A DNA stretch of 64,000 nucleotides, from contig CAVSPA010000010.1 in assembly GCA_963729715.1 (NCBI GenBank), positions 128,001-192,000 of the forward strand, read 5' to 3'. The position numbers and the translations under genes are program-made. Positions 9,799 through 18,914 of the stretch are shown one piece after another (the first letter of the stretch is position 1; each line of letters begins with the position of its first letter). This DNA is from an uncultured delta proteobacterium (GTDB taxonomy: Bacteria; Desulfobacterota; Syntrophia; Syntrophales; UBA2185). The notes under the pieces were generated by a model. The model did not search any database. It was not told the origin of the DNA and saw nothing but the letters and a program-made list of their open reading frames with translations.

Positions 9799-10503
9799 AT
9801 GCCGAAAAAAATTCTTATTGTTGATGATGAAAAAGACATCGTGGATCTGATCAGTTACAATCTTGAGAAGGAAGGGTTTGCGGCTCTTAAGGCCTACGAC
9901 GGGGAAAGCGCCCTCAAACTGGTTAAGGCGAAAAGACCGGATCTGGTCATCCTCGATCTCATGCTTCCGGGCATGAGAGGATTAGAGGTATGCAAATTTA
10001 TCCGAAAGAATCCCGAAATAGAAACGCTGCCGATCATCATGCTCACGGCCAAAGGTGATCAGGTAGATAAGATACTGGGCTTGGAGATGGGCGCAGACGA
10101 TTACATTACCAAGCCTTTCAATGTGAGGGAACTGATCGCCAGGATTCATGCGGTTCTGCGAAGGGCGGAAGGGCGTGCCGATGCGGTCAAGAAGGAACAG
10201 TTCGCATACAAGGGACTCCGGTTTGATTACAGCTCATATGATGTTACCGTTGACGGGGGAAAGGTCGATCTTGGCCCAACAGAAGTGAAACTATTGCGAT
10301 TCCTCACCCAGCATCCCGGCAGGGTTTACACGAGGGATCAGCTTCTGGACTATGTCTGGGGCGATGAGACTTTCGTTGAGCCCCGTACCGTGGATGTTCA
10401 TATCAGCCGTCTGCGGATGGCGATAGAAAAAGATAAGGATAAGCCGCAGTATGTCCTCACAGTCAGGGGGATCGGGTATAAATTTGCAGATACGAAAGCG
10501 TGA
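9799..10503 (+). CDS. OmpR/PhoB-family response regulator (PhoB-like)
   Basis: ILIVDDE, LDLMLP, GADDYITKPF receiver; RTVDVHISRLR and TVRGIGY winged helix; start taken at ATG 9799. Confidence 0.93.
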   Translation: MPKKILIVDDEKDIVDLISYNLEKEGFAALKAYDGESALKLVKAKRPDLVILDLMLPGMRGLEVCKFIRKNPEIETLPIIMLTAKGDQVDKILGLEMGADDYITKPFNVRELIARIHAVLRRAEGRADAVKKEQFAYKGLRFDYSSYDVTVDGGKVDLGPTEVKLLRFLTQHPGRVYTRDQLLDYVWGDETFVEPRTVDVHISRLRMAIEKDKDKPQYVLTVRGIGYKFADTKA

Positions 10504-10591
10504 TATAAAAGATAAGTTGGCGACCGTGACCGGAGAGCTAAGATTTACCGATACACATGAATGAATTTGAGATAATAAAAAGGAGCAAAAT

Positions 10592-11080
10592 ATGCATAAA
10601 CCGATGCGCCTATTGATTTCATTTTCTGTTATTTTCTTGCTTGCCGGTGCGTCAATAATTTGTGCTCAGGATCAACAGAAATCATTAGATGACGATTTTC
10701 TTCACCAACTCTTTCTTTCCGCTAAGAATGGAACAACGGATAAAGAGACCTTGGTAAAAATGATAAACAGTCTGGCAAAGGAAAATTTTGATCAGCAGTA
10801 CAAAGGGGACGTCAAAAACATAGAGTTGGAGGGCATCTACGAGCTCGCTAAAAACTGTTATGTCACCTGTCATACCGCGCAGTTGAGGAGCGGGGAGGAG
10901 GTTTTTCTATTTCATGCCCACATATTTGGCAAACTTGAAAATAGTGATATCCAGATACATGGCCGCGGAAAAGAGGATATGGCGGAGTTTGGAAAATTCA
11001 TGATGATGAGCGAGAGCGGGAAAATAAAATTTATCAGATACTTCTTCAAAACTTATGCAAAGATTGAATTACCTTCGTAA
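10592..11080 (+). CDS. Secreted hypothetical protein with a CX3CH motif
   Basis: AAGGAG RBS, signal peptide, NCYVTCH. Confidence 0.65.
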   Translation: MHKPMRLLISFSVIFLLAGASIICAQDQQKSLDDDFLHQLFLSAKNGTTDKETLVKMINSLAKENFDQQYKGDVKNIELEGIYELAKNCYVTCHTAQLRSGEEVFLFHAHIFGKLENSDIQIHGRGKEDMAEFGKFMMMSESGKIKFIRYFFKTYAKIELPS

Positions 11081-11113
11081 GAAAGGTAGGTTCTAAATTG
11101 CCCCGTCGGCAAT

Positions 11114-11632
11114 TCACGTAAAATAAAAATTAAAATCTCCCTGACATACATCCCTATCAAGCATCAGACATCTTAGCACCTGGGGTGCGAGACCGTACTC
11201 GAGTCCCAGGCTGTCAAACCAGCATTGAAGCCTGTAGATAACCCCACATTCATATTGATCAATGGCCCCTATTCTTTTTATTCCTTTGTATGCGAAGCAG
11301 TTACCCGGCTCAAATTCCCAGTGGAGCATATTTTTCCTTGCGAAAGACATGGTGATATTCATAAAAGCGGGTATAAATAAATAGGAGACGGGAATAAAGA
11401 AGTCTTTGAATTCCTGAAAATTCTCAATCTGTTTCTCCATGCCGAGGGTCTTTTTAATTCTGTCGATCTCTAGCGGTGCTAATGATCTAATGGCGGCTTT
11501 ATTCAGCTCATTCGCCTTTTCTATGCCGAAGTTCTTTAAGCAGTGATAGAACCACATACCGTCATGGGTCATCCAGCATCGGTTCAAAAGGTCGACGATT
11601 TCTTCTTCCTGCGGTTTACGCAACAAACTCAT
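11114..11632 (-). CDS. DUF6125-like protein
   Basis: WMTHDGMWF...FGIEKANELN motif and conserved Cys residues. Confidence 0.65.
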   Translation of the reverse strand: MSLLRKPQEEEIVDLLNRCWMTHDGMWFYHCLKNFGIEKANELNKAAIRSLAPLEIDRIKKTLGMEKQIENFQEFKDFFIPVSYLFIPAFMNITMSFARKNMLHWEFEPGNCFAYKGIKRIGAIDQYECGVIYRLQCWFDSLGLEYGLAPQVLRCLMLDRDVCQGDFNFYFT

Positions 11633-11693
11633 GGGCGTATCCTTTCGTCACGCGTTCCCGTTACCATTCTTGCATAAGGACGGTTCAAGTAAC

Positions 11694-12143
11694 TCATAAT
11701 CTTCTCAACTGAAAGTTACCGTGGACAATGCAGCAGACGTTTCCCTGCTCATCCTTCAGTTCGAAATCGAGAGGCCAGTCCGCCTTCCCCGCTTCATCGG
11801 CGATTTTCCTGACGCCGTGGACCTGCTCAGGAGTCAAAGATGCCTCAACTGTGATGTCCGTTGTGGCCGGTTTCTTGAAGGCAATCGTCATTTCCTTCAA
11901 GAGAATATAATATTTCTTATAGTCGAAAGAGGCGAAGAAGAGGATCCCGCCCGCAAAATCCGCGAGCGAAAAGAGGGACCCGGCATATACGGTACCGACG
12001 TGGTTCACGTTCGGCTCTTTCGGCAGCATTATTCTTACCGACCGCTTCTCAAGATCGAGGATGCGCATTCCCATTATTTCGACTATCTTGATTGTCTTTT
12101 CGAGATAGCCGACAAGGTCCTTATACTCATCGCTGATTGCCAT
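11694..12143 (-). CDS. Hotdog-fold thioesterase (YiiD C-terminal / DUF4442-like)
   Basis: NVNHVGTVYAGSLFSLAD and IAFKKPA motifs. Confidence 0.8.
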   Translation of the reverse strand: MAISDEYKDLVGYLEKTIKIVEIMGMRILDLEKRSVRIMLPKEPNVNHVGTVYAGSLFSLADFAGGILFFASFDYKKYYILLKEMTIAFKKPATTDITVEASLTPEQVHGVRKIADEAGKADWPLDFELKDEQGNVCCIVHGNFQLRRL

Positions 12144-12529
12144 CTGGCAATCCTCCTAATATGATTTTATATTCTCGCACAGAAAGAACAAGTGTCATGC
12201 GGACCTGGCATGTTACCAATAATCAAGAATTAACCGCCATTAATTGCCGCAGCCGACTGTGCAATGTTATGTATCATTAGTTGCAAGGGAAATCTACAGT
12301 GATGTGGCAAGAATATATCAAGCGCTTACGGGAAGGGATGCTGTTAGTGGTTACACCTCCTACTTATCATTTGTGTTAATCATGAAGAGTAGTATGATTT
12401 TTGGAGAGAAAAGGCAGGAGAACGTGATTTCACCGGGGTCGTTGAACCCTTCTTGTAGTGTGTTCCCTGTCTCCCTGAACCCAAGAAGTCCTCAATCATA
12501 AGGTTTAAATTGAATTGAGTATTACCATG

Positions 12530-13162
12530 TCAAATCTTCAAAGCAAGGCTGACGACCATTTTTGCACTCTCAAGGAAACCGGCAAAGCTTGAGTCGATGC
12601 ACAGGTGAAAATTACGTGGGTCCGTCCAATCGACGCCTGCCATGTGCCGGATGTACTTGGTCCTGCTCTGATCTGAATCTTTGACTTTATTGCGTGCTTC
12701 CCGGATATCGGTAATATTCTGCATCTGCATGACTCGTTTAACCCGAAATTCCCTGGGAGCGTGGATAAATACACGAATCACGTTAGGCCGCTCTCTCAGT
12801 GCATAGAAGCCGCCACGCCCTATGATGACGGCGTTATATTGATCAGCAATTCCTTCGATGATCTTACACTCCAGGGTGAACAGATCCCTCCTGTAGACAG
12901 GTTGTCTCATCGGTTGTAAAGTTCCCCCTGGGGGTGTTACGTATGATAATCCTTTGATAATTGTTTCGATAAGGCCTGGCGATTTTTCACCAACGTCTTC
13001 CAGCACCCTCACATCTGTTTCAAAATGTTCTGCAGCTTGTCTCAATATCTCTCGGTCAAAATATTTGAAGCCGAGCTCTTTCGCCGCCAGATGACCTATA
13101 TACGCACCGCCGCTTCCTATCTGTCTTGATATGGTTATAGTAATATGTCGTTCTTCACTCAT
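12530..13162 (-). CDS. Cytidylate kinase-like family protein
   Basis: ITISRQIGSGG, VIIGRGG, R..Y...WTDPRNFHLCIDS; start at ATG 13162 after GGAGG. Confidence 0.85.
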   Translation of the reverse strand: MSEERHITITISRQIGSGGAYIGHLAAKELGFKYFDREILRQAAEHFETDVRVLEDVGEKSPGLIETIIKGLSYVTPPGGTLQPMRQPVYRRDLFTLECKIIEGIADQYNAVIIGRGGFYALRERPNVIRVFIHAPREFRVKRVMQMQNITDIREARNKVKDSDQSRTKYIRHMAGVDWTDPRNFHLCIDSSFAGFLESAKMVVSLALKI

Positions 13163-13355
13163 GCGACCCTCCGGTTCATCCATCTCTCTTTAAACCTCTG
13201 GCTGGCTCATGACCAGTATCTTCTTTAATTTATTTCTTCGCGTTCTATTCATCAAGAAGAATCTGAACGGTGGTGATTTTGACTTGAAAGAGATTACTTT
13301 TACCGAACTCCTCGGATTGTTTAGTACAATAAGGAGTGCTTGCTGAAAACACCTC

Positions 13356-14465
13356 CTATCTCAACGAAGGTTGTGGGATGCCGTATTTAGTGAAGACAAT
13401 CTGCCAGATTTGATTGTTTCTTGCACGGAATGCGCCTGCACAGGACAGCAAATAATAATCCCACATGCGCTTGAATTTCTCGTCGTATCTCTTTTTCAAC
13501 ATGGTCCATGCCTTCTGAAAGTTCGCGTGCCAGGCCATGAGTGTTTTCTCATAGTGAGGTCCTAAGTTATGCAGATCTTCCGTAACGAACAGACCCTCGA
13601 CGGCCTTGCTGATCTGAGAAATGCTGGGCAACATGCCATTGGGAAATATGTATTTGTTGATCCAGGGGTCGCATCTTATCTGGGATTCGTTACCGCCTAT
13701 GGTATGCAGAAGGAAAATCCCAGTATCTTTGAGACAACGGTGGACAGTCTTCATGAAGATTCTGTAGTTTTTATGGCCGACGTGTTCAAACATTCCGACG
13801 GAGACGATCTTATCGAATGAACCATGGACATCGCGGTAATCGCAGTGGAGGATCTGCACAGGCAAGTCTTTGCAGAATTTCCTGGCATAGCTGATCTGCT
13901 TTTCGGATATATTGATGGCCGTCACCTTGCAGTAGTAATGTTCGGCCATGTACTTTGCAAATCCTCCCCAGCCACAGCCGATATCTAGGACACTATCATC
14001 TTTGCTGAGACCAATCTTCCTACAGATCATGTCCATTTTTTTGAGCTGTGCTTCGTTTAAGTATTCCGTTCCATCAAAATATGCACAGCTGTACTGGTTG
14101 TAAGGGTCGAGAAATGACATAAACAGTTCGTTGTCGAGATCATAATGCCATTCTGCAACAACACGGGAGCGTATTTTCGATTGCATATTGAAAAGCATAG
14201 CTGATAGGACAGGCATGAGGAATTTAAAGCTGTCTTTGATTTTTTTTTCCAACCCGGACGTCAAAATCTTACAAATAAATTCATCGAGTTGCCGGCAGTC
14301 CCACCATCCCTCCATGTATGATTCACCGAGACCTAAACTTTTGTCCCGCAGGAGCCGTGGGAAAGTACGTTCATCTCTTACGTGCATATCCCATGGACTG
14401 TTGCCATTGATGGTAATGCCTGTCGTAGCAAACATTTCTTCAAGCACAGATCTCTGTCTGAACAT
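13356..14465 (-). CDS. cfa: Cyclopropane fatty acyl phospholipid synthase
   Basis: SLGLGESYMEGWW, HYDL, QYSCAY, VLDIGCGWGG, SVGMFEHVG, KYIFPNG. Confidence 0.95.
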   Translation of the reverse strand: MFRQRSVLEEMFATTGITINGNSPWDMHVRDERTFPRLLRDKSLGLGESYMEGWWDCRQLDEFICKILTSGLEKKIKDSFKFLMPVLSAMLFNMQSKIRSRVVAEWHYDLDNELFMSFLDPYNQYSCAYFDGTEYLNEAQLKKMDMICRKIGLSKDDSVLDIGCGWGGFAKYMAEHYYCKVTAINISEKQISYARKFCKDLPVQILHCDYRDVHGSFDKIVSVGMFEHVGHKNYRIFMKTVHRCLKDTGIFLLHTIGGNESQIRCDPWINKYIFPNGMLPSISQISKAVEGLFVTEDLHNLGPHYEKTLMAWHANFQKAWTMLKKRYDEKFKRMWDYYLLSCAGAFRARNNQIWQIVFTKYGIPQPSLR

Positions 14466-14542
14466 AGCACACCTCCTGCTCGATTCTTATGGTTTGCGCC
14501 TGCTCATCATTTATTTACAAGGCCCGATTTAGCGGCCCTACC

Positions 14543-14884
14543 TTAGTGTTCAATGAATTCTTTCAGGGCGACCGCGTTATTAAGCTCCGTCGCCTTGGCG
14601 GAAAAGAGGAGGGTGAGCGTGCGCTTTTTAGATTCCTGACGGAGCTGATCGATGATCCCCATTTTATCTTTGAGTTCTATCTTGTAGCGTTTCTTGAACT
14701 CGCCCCACTTTGCCGGATCATGGGAGTACCATTTTCTGAGCTCAGTGCTTGGCGCCATGTCCCTGAGCCAGTCGTCGACGGCGGCATCTTCTTTCTTGAT
14801 TCCTCTGGGCCAGAGGCGATCTACGAGGATGCGCTTGCCATCACCTGGAGATGCCTGATCGTAAACCTTTTTTACCTTTAGCAT
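14543..14884 (-). CDS. DUF488 / YeaO family protein
   Basis: DGKRILVDRLWPRG, APSTELRKWYSH, NNAVAL. Confidence 0.92.
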   Translation of the reverse strand: MLKVKKVYDQASPGDGKRILVDRLWPRGIKKEDAAVDDWLRDMAPSTELRKWYSHDPAKWGEFKKRYKIELKDKMGIIDQLRQESKKRTLTLLFSAKATELNNAVALKEFIEH

Positions 14885-14976
14885 AGTCCATCTCTCAAAG
14901 CGAACATTCTCCCGGCCGTTTCTTTAAGGTTGTCAAGACAGGATGCACTTGGCGGACGCGCCGGCTAATTTACCCA

Positions 14977-15561
14977 TCAGCGACGGACAATCCTCTCTCG
15001 AATGATCCGCTCGATGCTCGGGAATGTCTTCCGCGCCGCCTCCGGGACAGGTAACCATTCGAATGTGCCGGGTTTGCCTTTATAGTAGTCGAACGGCGAG
15101 GCCCCGGGACCGATGGGCCTGCCTACGATAATCCTGCCCACCATCCCCGCCTCTTCATGAGGTATGCAGTAGTAATCGTATACGCCTTCCGCAGTGAGAG
15201 TGACCTCGAAGTGATTCCCGGGATTCACCAGATAACCGGAGTTCCACGGAACGGCATCTTCGGGGATTCTCAGAGAGTGATTGTCGTTCCGTGGATGGTA
15301 TGCAATCGCAGTGTGGACATTCTCAGCCGCAACCCAGCGGACCGTTTGCCCAGGATCGATATAGATTCCGATGGGGTCAAACCAGACATCTCCGCCTGTT
15401 TGGTCGCTACGCATCCGGATTGTTGCGACACCGGCGGCGCTCGCCGTGCGGCAATACTCATATCCATTCAGACCTGTCAGAACCACCCGCATTATATCCT
15501 GCATGATGATGCCGCCGAGGACTGCCCCGCCCGTCTTAATAAAATTCCGACGTGTATGCAT
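14977..15561 (-). CDS. Tat-exported type-1 blue copper protein (plastocyanin/halocyanin-like)
   Basis: TRRNFIK twin-arginine signal; FDPIG..I.PGQTVRW; upstream His; YDYYCIPHEEAGM (C-x2-H-x4-M). Confidence 0.88.
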   Translation of the reverse strand: MHTRRNFIKTGGAVLGGIIMQDIMRVVLTGLNGYEYCRTASAAGVATIRMRSDQTGGDVWFDPIGIYIDPGQTVRWVAAENVHTAIAYHPRNDNHSLRIPEDAVPWNSGYLVNPGNHFEVTLTAEGVYDYYCIPHEEAGMVGRIIVGRPIGPGASPFDYYKGKPGTFEWLPVPEAARKTFPSIERIIRERIVRR

Positions 15562-15574
15562 GATGCCTCTTGGT

Positions 15575-16027
15575 TTACTTCATCCCTGCCGCTTTTTCCG
15601 GCGAGACATACCACAGGATGACGTGGTAATGCGGATCGGGAACTCCCGGATGTCCGGCGTTGTAGTGCATATCCACATGATCCACTTTCATCTGGGCTAC
15701 CTTAAGGTTTTTGAACTCCTTGTGTTCGTTTATGTCCTTGAGGGGAATCATATAGACGCTGCTCACGAGCTGACCCTTGCGGTCATACGCGAGAAATGGG
15801 CCTGCCGGCAGCGTTGCCGGATCCACATAAAGAGTTCCCAGGCCGGGGATGAAGTCCGGGAGGGCGACCAGAGAGCTCACCTTCTTGTAATTGCCGCCGG
15901 GGGGCGCCATTTTTGACATCTGCTTTTCCGCGCAGATACCTTCGATCGTTGCAGCGAAGATCATGATACCGATCGCCAGAACACACAATACCAAGAGACG
16001 CGATTTACCCTGTAAATGTTTCATCAC
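15575..16027 (-). CDS. Secreted His-rich hypothetical protein (DUF5602/TTHB210-like)
   Basis: Signal peptide; HVDMHYNAGHPGVPDPHYHV motif. Confidence 0.6.
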   Translation of the reverse strand: MMKHLQGKSRLLVLCVLAIGIMIFAATIEGICAEKQMSKMAPPGGNYKKVSSLVALPDFIPGLGTLYVDPATLPAGPFLAYDRKGQLVSSVYMIPLKDINEHKEFKNLKVAQMKVDHVDMHYNAGHPGVPDPHYHVILWYVSPEKAAGMK

Positions 16028-16112
16028 CTTATTTCTCCTCCGAAATTTTGTTCAATAATGTTCAGTGAAGATTTCAACATTATTGTATGTGAAAAAAATC
16101 TATATGGCTATA

Positions 16113-16141
16113 GTCAACAATTCAATTGTCAACAATTCAAT
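16113..16141. promoter_or_regulatory. Tandem repeat / near-palindrome, candidate regulator site in a divergent promoter region
   Basis: GTCAACAATTCAAT twice (16113, 16128), creating AATTGTCAACAATT (TTGT-N2-ACAA). Confidence 0.45.
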
Positions 16142-16423
16142 CAGGCAATCCCTTATTTACTGTTTCGAATTGTCTGAGCAATAAAAGACTGTCTAAGAAT
16201 TTTTGAAGCAACAAATCAGTCTATGCCTGATTGCAAATTAATTTTTGATGAAGCATCTTTTAAGGAGGCGCACTCGTATGCATAAAATAGTGTTTGCGCC
16301 AGAGGGTGAAACCCCGGTGTCAATGGCGAAATCCTCTTTATCAGGAACATTTATGGTTTTTAAATCTCTAAGCTCATAATCGGGTGGGTCGACACAATAA
16401 ATCTAAGTTACAAGGAGGAGAGT

Positions 16424-16918
16424 ATGAGAAAAACAGCGATATGGATTATGGTAGTTGCAACAGCGCTTGCGATGAATATAATGTTTGCGCAGGCATCTCT
16501 GGCTCAGGGTGAAAAAGGGCAGGCGGCTGGGTCCGAATCCTCAGTTGGCCCATGGACTTTCTATATTCCGCCGCAGCTCGATACGGCGTTGACGGGAAAT
16601 GAAGCCATTGTGGTTGAATCCGGCAAGGTGAAGAAAGTTGGAAATATGCCGGGCATTAAAGATGGCCTGCAGATGGCATTCGTGACGGATCAGGGTAACA
16701 GTTATGTTGTCTATATGGGGCCTAAGTGGTTCATAAACAATCAGAAGCTGAAATTCGCGCCTGGCGATAAGGTTGAAGTAAGGGGTAAGAAGGTTGGCAG
16801 CGCTATTATTGCCACGGAAATAAGCAAGGGCGAGTGGACCATGAAGTTTCGTAATGAAGAAGACGGCATGCCAACCTGGGAATGCTGCTTCCCTCGCGAG
16901 GTGAAGAAATTGCAGTAG
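16424..16918 (+). CDS. Secreted OB-fold protein (MamS/MamX-like domain)
   Basis: AAGGAGG RBS, signal peptide, VYMGPKWF......FAPGDKVEVRG motif, C-terminal WECC. Confidence 0.6.
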   Translation: MRKTAIWIMVVATALAMNIMFAQASLAQGEKGQAAGSESSVGPWTFYIPPQLDTALTGNEAIVVESGKVKKVGNMPGIKDGLQMAFVTDQGNSYVVYMGPKWFINNQKLKFAPGDKVEVRGKKVGSAIIATEISKGEWTMKFRNEEDGMPTWECCFPREVKKLQ

Positions 16919-17062
16919 AGGACGGGCGACCCACGACGACCCACCCAATTCTTGAGCCGTCTCTTGACTTGACAGGATCTGACTTGCATCCATCCCTCTT
17001 TTATACGGGGCACTGAATATTAGAAGATCTGACCTAGGGCTCGCGGAAACGCGTCACTTCTC

Positions 17063-17728
17063 TCATTGAATGAGTTTCTTGAGTTCCTTTTCGTCCAGAC
17101 GGAACTCCTTCGCCAGATGCTCGACCGTGGCGCCGGTCTGTTCCATTACTTCCAATATATATTCTTTTAGGCTTGTCTGTTTTTCGCAGTCATTAAAATA
17201 ATTCTTGAGCACAATAGCAAGCCCTTCGGATGGTATCGTATATCCTTTTTTTGTCGCCTCCCTTTCGCCTATGTCTTCCGGGATGCCAATAACCACAATT
17301 CTCTCATCAACGACGCTATAACGAATGCTATGGACCATAAGGCAGCTGCTGAAGCGGACCTCGGCTCCCGCTTTCGTGTATTGAACGCCGATCTGCAGGC
17401 GGTCCGGGAACTTCGGCAGAAGGTATTTGACGCTCACCCCTTTCCTCGTCATGTCATCGATAGCATCCGCAATATGCCTGGTCATCTGCATATCGTCAGC
17501 GGAAGGGGGCGTGCCGGTAATGCATCCGATTATCTCCTGCTTCGCATCAAGCATGGCGTTCATGATGGAGAAGAAGTATTCCTGACGCGTGAGGACTCTT
17601 GTAGCCCTCCCGACTTCCTTGAGCAGGGCGTCTCTTCGTTTTCCCTCGTGAATCCCATAAATCAGAAGTATGATGGTGGCGACAAGCAACACAGACTCAA
17701 GCAACAGCAGCCCGAATTCGAGAGTCAT
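17063..17728 (-). CDS. Membrane-anchored hypothetical protein, possible PLD/TrmB-like domain; last gene of the FDH operon
   Basis: N-terminal TM helix; KGVSVKYLL...GAEVRF...RYSVVDERIVVIG pattern; starts 2 bp after the FDH gamma stop. Confidence 0.6.
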   Translation of the reverse strand: MTLEFGLLLLESVLLVATIILLIYGIHEGKRRDALLKEVGRATRVLTRQEYFFSIMNAMLDAKQEIIGCITGTPPSADDMQMTRHIADAIDDMTRKGVSVKYLLPKFPDRLQIGVQYTKAGAEVRFSSCLMVHSIRYSVVDERIVVIGIPEDIGEREATKKGYTIPSEGLAIVLKNYFNDCEKQTSLKEYILEVMEQTGATVEHLAKEFRLDEKELKKLIQ

Positions 17729-17730
17729 GA

Positions 17731-18711
17731 TCAGGCCTCCGCCTTTTCGCCTTTCTCATGTATCTTTTCTTCATACCAGAGGTCGCTGTGTTGCTGTGCC
17801 CAGGCGGCATCCACATAACCCGTCCACATGCCTTCAAAAGCGCCCTCGACTCCCAGGGTTCCCATATAAATATGTCCGAAGGAAGCGGTGACGAACAGAA
17901 CGGCCGCCATTGCATGGATCGTGTGAGATACTTGCATGGTGAAGCGGGTCTGCCCCCAGATGGGGAAGTCCAGCAGAACGCCGGTTACACCGACGGCGAT
18001 CCCCAAAATGAATATGAGCCAGAACCAGCCCTTTTCGCCGCCATTGATCTTTCCCGTATGCGGCCGCGGTCCGCTGCCGAGCATGCCTCCCATGCTCTTG
18101 AACCATTCGAGATCCATCTTTCTGGGGATGTTGTAGCGCACCCAGAAAATGAATTCCAAGAAGATACCGATAAGAAGCAGAGGTCCGCAATAATTGTGGA
18201 GCACCTTTGACGCCGAAAGATATGCCGAATCGGCCCAATGGCCAAAAACCGGTATCAGCGCGATCCGCCCCAGAAGAAGGCTGAGTCCCGTGATGGCCAT
18301 GATGATGAAAAGCACTGCCGTATACCAGTGGAGAATCCGCTCCCATGGCTGGTAACGCTCAATCTGTACCCCTGACCGCGGTTTCTCCAATTTGTCAGGA
18401 CCGACACGCATGTAGAACAGGCTCATGATCACCAACGCGACGGCGATGATCCACTGGGAGAATGGCATGAGGAAGCCGTTGCGAAACTCGCGCCAGTTCT
18501 CTCCACTGTTGACAATCAAGATCTTATGGCCGGCGGTTGAGACCTTCGTGAAGCCCGGCAAACCTTCCCTGAGCACGCGCCAGAAGTTGGCCCGCGGATT
18601 GCTGACATCGGCGCCCACGGCCTGCCAGTAAAAAATTCCGGTCATCAGGAAAATAAGCAGCGTGCCCAGAGCAAATAAGCTGACGGTCCGTTTTACGGTT
18701 CGCGTTGCCAT
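17731..18711 (-). CDS. Formate dehydrogenase gamma subunit (cytochrome b)
   Basis: ERILHW, LHNY, KINGGEK.WFW, HIYMG; multiple TM helices. Confidence 0.93.
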   Translation of the reverse strand: MATRTVKRTVSLFALGTLLIFLMTGIFYWQAVGADVSNPRANFWRVLREGLPGFTKVSTAGHKILIVNSGENWREFRNGFLMPFSQWIIAVALVIMSLFYMRVGPDKLEKPRSGVQIERYQPWERILHWYTAVLFIIMAITGLSLLLGRIALIPVFGHWADSAYLSASKVLHNYCGPLLLIGIFLEFIFWVRYNIPRKMDLEWFKSMGGMLGSGPRPHTGKINGGEKGWFWLIFILGIAVGVTGVLLDFPIWGQTRFTMQVSHTIHAMAAVLFVTASFGHIYMGTLGVEGAFEGMWTGYVDAAWAQQHSDLWYEEKIHEKGEKAEA

Positions 18712-18725
18712 AATTCCTCCTATTT

Positions 18726-18914
18726 TCAGCGATCGGTTTGCACCAGCTTAAGGCGATCGATCAACTCCTGCTGATTCTTTAATGCCAGCAGGGGATCCTT
18801 CGCGCCCTTATATACGCCGGGTTCATGCATTGTTATTTTTCGGGACTCGGAAGAACAGCCGGCAAGCCCCGCAAGAAAGGCAAACGCTGCCAACACAAAC
18901 AATATGCGTTTCAT
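18726..18914 (-). CDS. Small lipoprotein of the FDH operon
   Basis: Lipobox LAGC; GVYKGAKD motif; ATGA overlap with the beta subunit stop. Confidence 0.75.
   Translation of the reverse strand: MKRILFVLAAFAFLAGLAGCSSESRKITMHEPGVYKGAKDPLLALKNQQELIDRLKLVQTDR

Noticed and set aside
16424..16918. Magnetosome gene cluster suggested by the MamS/MamX-like domain
   Set aside because: No other mam/mad genes nearby; the domain also occurs in non-magnetotactic bacteria
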